64,000 nucleotides of DNA from Negaprion brevirostris (Eukaryota). The DNA lies in NCBI GenBank assembly GCA_030324005.1, contig JARDVH010000130.1, positions 8,343,924 to 8,407,923 on the forward strand, written 5' to 3'. The notes below the pieces were generated by a model. It saw only the letters and a list, made by a program, of their open reading frames with translations, had not been told where the DNA came from and searched no databases. Positions within the stretch are counted from its first letter, which is position 1; each line of letters opens with the position of its first letter. Below are positions 1 to 11,069 of the stretch, one piece after another. Made by a program: the position numbers and the translations under genes.

Positions 1-180
1 TAGTAGAGGTGGGTACAATTTTATCTTTTAAAAAGCATTTAGATAGTTACATGGGTACAATGGGTATAGAGGGATATTGACCAAATGAGGGCAATTGGGA
101 TTAGCTTAGGGATTTAAAAAAAGATGGCAGGGACAAATTGGGCTGAAGGGCCTGTTTCCATGCTGTAAATTTCTATGACT
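1..180 (+). mobile_element. CR1-type LINE 3' end fragment
   Basis: Typical CR1 tail (tttaaaaagcatttagatag...gggctgaagggcctgtttccatgctgta...tctatgact); near-identical to 61390-61580. Confidence 0.8.
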
Positions 181-385
181 CACTGCTGCCTCACAGCTCC
201 AGGGACAACAGTAACTTGGGTTTGATCCCGGCTGCAGGTGACTGCGTGGAATCTCTCTGTGTTTGCATGGGTTTCCTCCGGGTGCTCCAGTTCCCGCCCA
301 CAGTCCAAAAACATGCAGATTAGGTGGGTTAGTTAATGGTACATTTCCCCACGGTGTTCAAAGACACGAGGTGGATTAGCTCTTG
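181..385 (+). mobile_element. HE1/V-SINE-like tRNA-derived SINE, partial
   Basis: cactgctgcctcacagctccagggac head plus the V-domain gggtttcctccgggtgctccag...cagtccaaa. Confidence 0.75.
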
Positions 386-552
386 TAAATTTCCTGTACA
401 GTGATGATTGTGTTAATGCAGTTTTCTGTTTTTGGCCTCCAACTTAAAAAAATAACATTCAGTAACTCCCAACTTTGTTTCCGAACAGCTACCTTGATTA
501 CACTTCCTGTCACCCTGCCTGATGTGGGCTCTTCCATTCTCAAACTTTATAC

Positions 553-1158
553 AGTCAGAGGTTGACAGCATAGAAACAGGTCATTCGGCCCAACTTGTCC
601 ATGCTGCTCTTTTGTTTTTAATGACTAAGCTAGTCCCAATTGCCTGTATTTGGTCCATATCCTTCTATACTCATTGTACCCATATAACTGTGTAAAAACT
701 TTTTAAAAGACAACATTGTACCCATCTCTGCTTCTACCTCTGGCAGCTTGTTCCAGACACTCACCACCCTCTGTATGAAAAGATTGCCCCGCTGGACCCT
801 TTTGTATTTCTCCCCTCTCACTTTAAACCTATGCCATCTAGTTTTAGAGTACCCTGCCTCTGGGAAAATATATTGACTATCTACCTTGTCTATCCCCTCA
901 TTATTTTATAGACTTCTTTCAGATCACCTCTAAGCCTCCTACACTCCAGAGAAAAAAGTCCCAGTCTATCCAGCCTCTTCTTATAACTTAAACCATCAAG
1001 TCCTGATAGCTTCCAAGTAAATCTTTTCTGCATTCTTTCTAGTTTAATAATATCCTTTCTATAATAGGGTGACCAGAACTATACACAGTATTCCAAGTGT
1101 GGTCTTACCAATGTCTTGTACAACTTCAACAAGACGTCCCAACTCCTGTATTCAATGT
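553..1158 (-). mobile_element. CR1 LINE 3' fragment (ORF2 C-terminus and tail), cut by an N gap
   Basis: Translates as LYKTLVRPHLEYCV and FIQRVVSVWNKLPE, both CR1 ORF2 hallmarks. Confidence 0.9.
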
Positions 1159-2236
1159 NNNNNNNNNNNNNNNNNNNNNNNNNNNNNNNNNNNNNNNNNN
1201 NNNNNNNNNNNNNNNNNNNNNNNNNNNNNNNNNNNNNNNNNNNNNNNNNNNNNNNNNNNNNNNNNNNNNNNNNNNNNNNNNNNNNNNNNNNNNNNNNNNN
1301 NNNNNNNNNNNNNNNNNNNNNNNNNNNNNNNNNNNNNNNNNNNNNNNNNNNNNNNNNNNNNNNNNNNNNNNNNNNNNNNNNNNNNNNNNNNNNNNNNNNN
1401 NNNNNNNNNNNNNNNNNNNNNNNNNNNNNNNNNNNNNNNNNNNNNNNNNNNNNNNNNNNNNNNNNNNNNNNNNNNNNNNNNNNACACACTTCCCCAGCTA
1501 TTTATTCACTCATTTCAGTATTGGGGAGATGATGGCTAAGTGGTAACCTCAATAGGCCTGGCTAATTTTCTGGGGACACGTGCTCAAGTCCCACCATGCC
1601 ATCTGGTTAACTTTTCAGGTCGATGACTTCCATCATGTTTCTGAGAAACTCTTGTTTCTCTCCACAAATGCTGCGTGATTTGCCGCGTATTTACAGCATT
1701 TTATTTCAGAACTTCGGCACAACTCTTGTTTCCGAAAGGAATTGCTAACTTTGTTTCTCTAATAACAGAGGTTGCTTGACCCGAACAGTTTGAGCAGTTT
1801 ATAGTGCACAGTTCCAGCATGCCTTATTGTAAGAAGACAATCTCACATGGTGAAGAACTTTTGAAAAACAAATCACAAAAAACAATTGCTTAATCAGCTT
1901 TTTCTAAGCCACTGTCAAAAACTCAATAGACAAGTAAATTACTATGGAGTGGAAAAAAGGAAGATTTTATCCCTGACTGTAGTTAACATGTCATTTGGAC
2001 AAATAATGGATGCTAGTGAGCTGTCAATTTTCTATAAACGTATTAACTACTACTTAGCAGGAGGGACAAAATACTCAATGAGAACTTGCACTAAGAATTT
2101 AGCAGAACTGAATTAAGGCAGTACATTATTGGTTAAAACAAGGTAAGAAAATATTGTTCACACATTGTGGGCAGCAAATAAATAGTAAGTTGACAAAAAA
2201 ATGTTGAAATTAATTAAGCTTACTTTTTTTTTAACA

Positions 2237-2322
2237 TCAGACACACATAAAGTGAGATCCTTCTGTGAGCTGTGGGTGCGATGGGGATGTTGGGGATTGA
2301 GGTGGAGAAGACAGATTTTTTT
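2237..2322 (-). CDS. PLEKHA5: PLEKHA5 last coding exon (EKNLSSPPQSPTSPSHPQLTEGSHFMCV*), C-terminal PDZ-binding-type motif
   Basis: Acceptor ctttgcag; C-terminus identical to the recalled vertebrate QLTEGSHFMCV; TGA at 2237-2239; a gtaagc donor follows at 2223. Confidence 0.95.
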
Positions 2323-5300
2323 CTGCAAAGAACAGTGAATGTAGGAAAAAGTAAGCACACAATTTAAAACAAAAATTGACAGCTACTTAGGACCACAATC
2401 AAAAGCACAAGACAGGCACTTTCTGGCTGTCACATTTTTCCGACAATGCAATCTAAACGTCAAATAGTTTGTGCATTATATCTAAAATGTTACATTTAGC
2501 CACAAGACTTGAAAATACATATTTTGCCGGTTGCACTTTAAGAATATGCATGTAAGGCTATGACCGAGTAAGATTTCCAAGTTGGGATTTCANNNNNNNN
2601 NNNNNNNNNNNNNNNNNNNNNNNNNNNNNNNNNNNNNNNNNNNNNNNNNNNNNNNNNNNNNNNNNNNNNNNNNNNNNNNNNNNNNNNNNNNNCAGCGCAA
2701 GCAACCAGCGTTCTCTATGTGGCCGCTCTTACACTCTTATACTCTTTATGAAAGAAACGTAATATCAAATTCCCCTGTGCAAATTACCTGCAGCTCAAGT
2801 GGTGAAAACTACTGAACAATCACAAATTCAAAGAAGGATGGACAATTATGAGCATAATGAAAAGCTAGAAGACTGAGGTTCAAAAATGTGGTACTAACAT
2901 AAATGTGTTTGTGCGAGAGAGATTTGAACTACTTGAGTGCAGTTGTTTTTGAATCACAATTTTAGCTCTTTTTTTCTCCACGAGGATGATGTGGGAGAAT
3001 TAAAATAGGATACGTACAAGGCACAAATTTAAAATGGTTAATAATCAGGTTAACTGCATTAACATACTAAGGCCACAATCTTAATCAATGCCAGAGCAGG
3101 CTCAAGGGCTGACTGGCCTACTACTGCTCCTTGTTTATATGAGGATATAAATTGGTGTGGTTATTGACAATGAGAGACAGGAAAAGTATCAATTTTTTTT
3201 CAGTTCACAATTTTTTTGAATCAACATTTTGCCCACCATGGTTTGAAATATTCGGCATTCAGTGTCAAATACTTCAACAATAGATGCATCATAAATTAAA
3301 TACAATCAAGACTCTAAGGGGTGGGATTTTACAGCGTTGCTTGAGCAAGACCTGAAATTCCCGCCCAAGGCTAATGGATATTTCCATCCTCCGCCCCGAT
3401 TCCATGGCGGGCGAGGCAGCAGAATTCTCAGTACATTAATAAAAGCGAAATAGCGTATCAAATTAAAACATTGCAAATTGTGGCACAATGGAACAATACA
3501 TTGTTGGCCAAACTGTAATACAAAAATATCTTTTGAAAAGGAAAAGGATGGGGAGTGCAACAACAAATTGGCGGAGAATTTCTTTTTGCTCCCCACTTAC
3601 ATCTGGTTCCCATAACGAGTCTTACTCATTGCCACTGGCTCCCTCCCCTCCTCCATATATCTTATCCATTTTCTAGCTGTCTTTGTCATTTTACCAATGC
3701 TTCCCTCTTCAAGAAAGAAATTTGAATGGCAGAAAAGGCTATCCTTGCATTCATAGTACAAGTGAAAAGGTTGCATTACTGTAACTATTACCATGCAAAA
3801 CAAAACTTTTCATTCATGTCAAGGGGCTGAAATTGTTCTCCTAATTGCACTGCCTTACTTGTCTTGTCAGAGAGCCAGAAACTAACATATTGAATTGGCA
3901 ACAACAGATGGCTTAAGAAACAAATAAAGAGCCAGCAAGTGAGTGAAACAAGGGGGACATTTCAGAAAAGTAACAACTTGATCTGAATTGGAAGGGCAGC
4001 TTATAAAACTCACAAAGTAAAGCAGCATTAGTGAATTCATCACATAGTAATAAGGCATAGACTAATCCCTACAAGTGTCCAATTCCTGTAAAGGTGATAA
4101 CATTTAAAAGACAATTTTGCTGCAGCATTCAGATAAAACTGAAATGAGTCAGTGAGGCTGATTCATTCATGGTAATTATACTGTTACAGAACAATGACTA
4201 GTCCTGGTCAGCCAACTACACTTCATTTATGGTCTTCAGTAAGCTTTTCTTGGCTTCTCAGTTAGGAAATGACACATGGAACTCAGAGAAGATCATAATT
4301 GAGGGAAGAGCTTTGTAGTAACTATGACGATTTAGTAGCCTAATTAGTAGATCTCTGAAGTCAATCAGCGAGTTCAGTTAAAGAAAGTTAAATTTGTATG
4401 ACATCAGGATGCCTCAAAAGCTTCAAAGCTAATCAGATACTTTTGAAGTGCAGTCACTTTGTATAACAGGGAAATGCAGCAGCCAGTTTGTGCACAGCAA
4501 GGTCCCACTTAATTAAAATTCTCAAATTTTGCTGCCTGATGAACTTGATGAAGCTTGCACTTGTTGAGAGCTAGATGCTCAAAGGTACGGTGCATTTGTG
4601 TAAGTAACAGACCAACAACCAGGATAGTGGGTGCTATATTTCTATTTGATTATTAACGATCGCTTTAGAAAATTTATAGTTGCTGTTCGTTCAACATCCC
4701 CCCACCCCCACCTCATTACTGTGTGGCTTTATGAGAATTGGCACTCAAAACACTAGCAGCTGCTTTTTGGTTCTGCTACGAACATAAGCACATCATTCTA
4801 AGACCTAGAGATGGGAATAAATCTTGAGAAGGACCACAACAATACGGTGTTTAGACTGCCACTTGATAGAGTGGAGATCAGCATTCTTCTGAAAGAGCAA
4901 GGGCATTTTTCTTAAAAGAAAATAAGGAAATCACACACAATACTTTCAAATGCTATTGAAATGGACTTAGAAGAAAATATTTTAAGTTGTATTTAAATTA
5001 AACATCTCTATCTATCCATGCACTGAGCCAAATTAAAGCTAAATGCATTGTTATCTACATATGCAAATAATCAGCTCCAATCAATAGTGGTGCAGTGGAA
5101 GAGGACAGTAACCTATTGCAGCATATGGAATTTTTATGAAGCACCATAATAATAAATGGATGATATCTGTATCACCAATTTGACTTCATGAATGCCAGAG
5201 TATAGAAGCATTTCCATTGCACTGTGGCCCAATTGGCAAATCAGAATTTTTGTAGTGTGCTTCACGTGGAAGTGTTGTTGACTGATGGTATTTTAACTTT

Positions 5301-7356
5301 TGGATAAAGCAAACAAAATTCCAGAGACACAGACTATCCTGGAGAACAGGAATAGAACATGAAGGCTCTACTGGTGGCATTGAATGTGTATGCAGGGTAA
5401 CAGCTGAAATAACAGTGTAAAAGGAGAGCAAGAAATTTGAATATAACCCAATACGAAGTAGTTTGGGAGCGTGGAAGAGCATAGGAGAGACCGAAAATGC
5501 AAATATACAACTCTTTAAAGGTGCTAGGGGATATAGGGATGAATCGATTAATAGCAGTTTAACTCTCATCAATACAAGTAGAATACAAGACCAAAAACCT
5601 AAAGACAAATTAATACAAGGCAATTGTTAGGTCATGGTTAGAATATGGTGGGCAGCGTTAGATGCCCAATAATCGCAGAAAGAAAAATAAATCAGTAGAA
5701 TGCACATACTACACAGATTCACCTGAATACTACCTGGGATGAGAAATTGTACTTCTGAAGAGACTTGAGCCCTTGGACTATTTCCACTAAAACAGGGAAG
5801 GCAAAGTGAACTTTAATAAAGAGCCTTTAAATTAAAAAAAAAAGTGTTCTGTTAGATAGGGGAAATAATTTATTTTCATGAAGCGTTGCAAATCTCTAGG
5901 AAACTTGCGCTACATCTGAGTTTTATGCAGTTAATGAAAAGATTTGCTGAACAATTTTGTGGAAAAGGAGAACATCTCAACTCATATATGTTGAATAGCT
6001 GGGACTAGTGTTATGAAATGGTGTAGTTTCCTCGAAACTTGTTTGATTGCAAGCAAACTCCTTTGGAGTTTGAGAAGAACGACTTTAATTGGCCTCATGT
6101 TTCTTTTGACTTGGATGATAGAGAAATGGGCTGATGTTGTATGTTGGCTGCATGGTGTCTGGATGGGGTAAGTTTGATGGTCTTATCCTTTTTGAACCTT
6201 TGAACAGGGATGGGAAAATATCATCAGCACGTTCAATAAATTTGAGGGGATAATAAATTCCCGAGTTAACCAAAATAATATATGGAAAAGATAAAGGAAA
6301 AAGAATATGCAATAAGTATGAGATTAAAACAGAAGAAAAAGGACAGCTGCCAGGAAAAAAAGAAGTGTCAGAAAAAAATAAGTGACTAGGTGGAGTAGCA
6401 GAGTGGAAAAGGCAGTTGCAGAATCTGGGATCAGTTCAATGCAAAAGTCCAATGTTGCATAAGCTTAGTGGTTATTTTCCAGCGTGTAATCAACCTGTGC
6501 AACATCCATCTGCAACATGCAGCTCTTCAAAAATAAAANNNNNNNNNNNNNNNNNNNNNNNNNNNNNNNNNNNNNNNNNNNNNNNNNNNNNNNNNNNNNN
6601 NNNNNNNNNNNNNNNNNNNNNNNNNNNNNNNNNNNNNNAAATAAAAATTCTTTAGAACTACAGTATGACAGACAAAAAGATGTGTGATTTGGGTTAGCAA
6701 CAAACATGTTGGGATTTGTCGGATCCTGACTGAGGAGTCAGAGGGGAACTTTTCATGTGGCACAAGGGGGAGGGATTGGGCCATAGGTATGGTCCACTGA
6801 GAAGAAAGGTGAGAGTTTATGGAAACAATGAGTTTCCCATCTTGATTACATCTCAATGTTGGCAGAATGGAAAGATAACATATTTCAACTCACTGTCACT
6901 CTAACCCGTGAATAGATTGCACAAACTGGAGAAATTAACTGGAGTATAATTTACTGGGCCTTTTTGTGGCAGTTCTTTCACTATAGCGCTGCAGATCTAC
7001 ATATATTTAGGTCATTCAGATTGTCATCTGTGCTAAACCACAAATCGACCAGAAACAGTGCTCTGGTATCCGAATGCAGTAAAAGTGTTCAGTATGAAAG
7101 TCTATTTGCAATTTGAACCTGCAAGAATTGAGTGCCATAAAATAATCTAATAAGAGAAGAGTAAATTAAAACATAATGTCGCTAAGCAAAAGACTTAATT
7201 TGATATCTCCTGTTTATTATCCATCTTAAGTGCCCTCACAACAATAGAACAATACTATCAAGAAATAAGAAAATAATAAGACATAATACTTTTTCTATCA
7301 CGGTGCATTGATGCAACATTGTACCTATATTGACTCAAAACACAAGTTTAACCTGC

Positions 7357-7496
7357 CTGCTACAAGCTTGCTTCTTCTTGGTGCATCTGCAGCTAGTTCA
7401 CTGGAGATACTAATCATCTTCACTCCTTCCTGAGCATTTTCCTCATCAGCCCTGATATTAGTTTTGTGGTTAACAATGGGCACCACAGTTTGCACA
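7357..7496 (-). CDS. PLEKHA5: PLEKHA5 coding exon (SVQTVVPIVN...MISISSELAADAPRRSKLVA), ending at a GC donor
   Basis: Acceptor ttcctatag; 140 nt, phase 2 to 1. Joining in frame to the last coding exon needs the donor CAG/gcaggt. Family-like IS..LA..A.RRSK.VA motif. Confidence 0.85.
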
Positions 7497-8129
7497 CTAT
7501 AGGAAAAAAAATCTAGTTAGGTGAAAACATCATTGCAGTTCAAAGAGATTGATATAAAAGATTCTTTGCCAACTTGAAAAATTGCATTTAGATACTGAAA
7601 CTCTGAATGACTGACGAAGCAATTCATCAGTTCTGTNNNNNNNNNNNNNNNNNNNNNNNNNNNNNNNNNNNNNNNNNNNNNNNNNNNNNNNNNNNNNNNN
7701 NNNNNNNNNAACAAAAACATTAAATTCAAAGTTAAGCATATTTTATAAAAGGTATTGAAAAATGAACACATGCATGATACTGGATGGCAAGAAGACATTG
7801 TCAAGAAATGTTTAGAAAAGAGTAACACTGTGATATAAAGTTCAGCACATATCTGCATAGAAGTGCTAATTAATCAATGAGACAACATCTTTTTCCACTG
7901 CCCACTGCTGCAAATTCCATTAATTTTAAATTAGGCAGCATTGTGCTTTTGAAACTGTGCAACACAGGCCCTTATAATAGAATACTTTATACATGAATAA
8001 CTGATCAGTCATAAGTGGCCATAAATTATATTTTTTGGTGTCTCGTGAGCTTTCCCAATAGACCGATATTAATTTTGTTAATATGGAAGGTTTGTCTTAA
8101 TACAGTACAATTGACCGAGACACAATCAA

Positions 8130-8740
8130 GCCCAAAAAATCATGTCTACCAGAAAAGGAGACCTTTTGAAAGGACTATCATCAAATTAACCCCATTCCCC
8201 TGTTCTATCTCCTTGCAACAGTCTCATTTTCAAACAGACATTCAACTTCATTTTGAAAGTTATTATTGAATCAGATTTCAGGCAGTGAATTCCAGATGAA
8301 AACATCATGTCATGTAAAAGAATTCACATTTGGCCCACTGATTATTTTGACAGCTATCTTAAATCTGTGCCTGCCCACCATCAATTCACATGCTAGATGA
8401 TACAGTTTCTCCAGATATGTTTTATCAAAAACCTTTGCAATTTGGAATCTTTGATATTTGCAGCTGAAGTCTTCCCTTAATCTTCTTTGCTAAAAAGAGA
8501 ACAATCCTAAAGCCCCTTTCTCCTGATATAATTCTATTTAATCTTTTAGCACCTTCTAAGGCCTTGACATTCCTCCTAATGTGTGGTGTCTAGATCTGAG
8601 CATTGTGCAACAGCTGGGGCCCAACAAGTATTTTGCAATATTTTAACGTAACATCCTTGTTCTTGTAGTCTATGCTTCCATTTATAAAGCAAAGAATATC
8701 CTTTTTTAATAACCTTATCAACTTGCCCTGACAGCTTTAA
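8130..8740 (-). mobile_element. Degenerate CR1 LINE 3' fragment
   Basis: Decayed match to antisense CR1 (ggcagtgaattccaga; ccttgacattcctcctaatgtgtggtgtc...). Confidence 0.6.
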
Positions 8741-9434
8741 AGGTTAGTATAATTTATTTGATTTAGTAAAGGAACTATATGACCACAAAGCAACTGTTTG
8801 CAAAGTCACTCGTCCAATTACATGTGTACTGATCTTAGTTTTAGAAGGACTTGCATTTATTTAGCATCTTTCATAACCTCCAGATGTCCCAAAATACCTC
8901 GGAAGCGTAGTTACTGAGTTTTCAATAGTTTCTTAATTATGTTTCTTTATTTGCTTTGGCTGGGAATTCTCAATTTTATCCAAAGTCACTTAAACCAAGA
9001 TGTGGTGCAAGTGGAACAAAACGCAGTGGTAATATTAAAACAAATGTTGAAGTTATCTGTTGTATAGTATCACAACTTTGGAGGGAAGAAAAATATATAT
9101 ACATATATAATCACTCTGGCAAGCTTTCCTTATCTTCATTTTAAATCTCCCACTATGGAGCACGATACTCCAGCCTAAAGGACATGCAGACAATCTGTTC
9201 TCAATGCTCTGTCAATTGAAGGTGGATTGGCTTACACTCCAGTACATTTGTATATTATGGCAACTGGTAAGCTTCACTGAGCATCTTGGAACAGATGCTA
9301 AATTCACTGCATGGAGAACTGCAACAGTCTGATTGATGCAAACATTTACGCCATTCAGTAAGAAATATACAAATTAAATAGATGAAATGTCCTTCTGTTC
9401 CGTCTCATTCCCTACTTAACAAGCAAGAACCTAC

Positions 9435-9556
9435 CTGCTTCTGGATGTTATTCCATCGAGATCCTTCTGTTTATCCACAGTTTCGTCAGGACTCAGTGTT
9501 TTAGACTCTGCTTCAATGCACCTCTCAGACATGAGCACTGTCTGAATTGGGGAACA
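9435..9556 (-). CDS. PLEKHA5: PLEKHA5 coding exon (CSPIQTVLMSERCIEAESKTLSPDETVDKQKDLDGITSRS)
   Basis: Acceptor ttccacag, donor CAG/gtaggt; 122 nt, phase 0 to 2; resembles the family motif V.IPERY.E. Confidence 0.85.
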
Positions 9557-10206
9557 CTGTGGAATTGTAAAAACAAGGTGGTGACTTTAAGGATCAACAA
9601 GTGTGCTAAATGTTTACTATTTGTCAAAAGCCATGAATTACAGGCCCATAATGTGAAGCGGCAGAGCATGTTTGTATGCCTTTGAATGCTCACAGGCTGA
9701 GTTCCATTCCTTAGCTGCATCAGAATAAAGGTTAGGCAATAGAGAAATGGAAGGAAATGAGTACTTCACAGAGTGAATGGCCAGGATCAAGAATGACCTC
9801 AAATAGAGCCAAGGGCCTCTCGAACATTATTTGCGTAAACTACATTTTAAGATGCCGATCATGATTAGCTTGCAATTGCGTTTTATCGATTTGCCTATCA
9901 GGCAAAAGAATCTTTCACTACTTGCCCCTTCATAACCCTTCAAACTTATGTAAGCTTCTACAAGGTCTACGAAGCCTCAAGTATCTCAATTCTAGTGGAA
10001 AAACGTCAAAACTTCTGAAATTCCTCTTTGTAACCATAAACTCTCAACCCTGTTAACATCCTAATTAATCTAAGCTGTTTTTAGTCCCTTCTCATAATGG
10101 CATGCCCAAAAGTACATACCTGATATATACTTTAACATTGACTACAGTTTGTGGAAGATGCAGAGTGATGGGAACAAATATGGACTGCAAAATGATCTGT
10201 ACTCAC

Positions 10207-10368
10207 ATCTTTTCTGCTTTCCAACTTCTGTTGATTCGGTTCAACGTTCCCTTCTTTTAAACGAGCAATTTCTTCTGCTGCAGTCTCTCGAAGTTGACTA
10301 TAATTATCATCCTGAATAGCAGCTTCCAACTCTTTGATACTACTTTCAGCAGTTTTGCTTCTATTAAT
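10207..10368 (-). CDS. PLEKHA5: PLEKHA5 coding exon (INRSKTAESSIKELEAAIQ...ETAAEEIARLKE...SRKD)
   Basis: Acceptor tttcag, donor GAT/gtgagt; 162 nt, phase 0-0; homologous to KELDTAIRE...ETPATEIVQLKE. Confidence 0.9.
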
Positions 10369-11069
10369 CTGAAATAAGCAACATCTTTCAGAATGGTGTG
10401 ATCGTTAGAAAACAAAGAATCCAATGGCCTGGAAATTCCACCATGGCAGTTTGAGAATCTGAACTGAGCTTTAAAAACCTAGAAATGAAAAGCTGTAAAA
10501 CTGACCACGAAGATGTCAAATTTATATAAAAGCCCAACTGGCTCACTAAGTCCTTTGTGGAAGGAATGCCACTGTCCTTATCTGGTCAGGCCTATGCCGA
10601 GTCATATGTCAATGCAACCAATTCTTAATGACCTTCTGAAGTGGCCTAGCAAGGTAAAACTGAGAGGATTTCTATCACCACCTTCTCACCACAACGTGAG
10701 GGTTGTAACTGCCAGGCTTTATCATATCTCAAAAATGATTTACAAACACTCACCCAAACTTATTATCCTTTCAAAATCATACCCCAAGTTCCATATTTTT
10801 AATAAAACTAAGGTTTTCCATGAATTAGTGAAATTTAACTTTCAAAGTGAAGATAAAATAATAATTATTCATCATAAAACACCAAATGAATCTTCACTAT
10901 GTTAATAAACGGTTAATTGAAATTTGATCACAAACATAGGAAGAAGCGCATTTCTACTTTCACATATACATACAGTGAAAGCACTTAGCTCTGCACTGTT
11001 ACTTGATAAAGCAACTCCATATTTATTGAGCAAAATCTACGGAAGAAACAGAATTTATGATTAACTGGC

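Noticed and set aside
1069-1546. Long ORFs full of X in the ORF track (also near 2582, 6416-6707, 7517, 14743, 20109-20662, 28889, 35756, 59975, 62928)
   Set aside because: They are artefacts of reading through N gaps.
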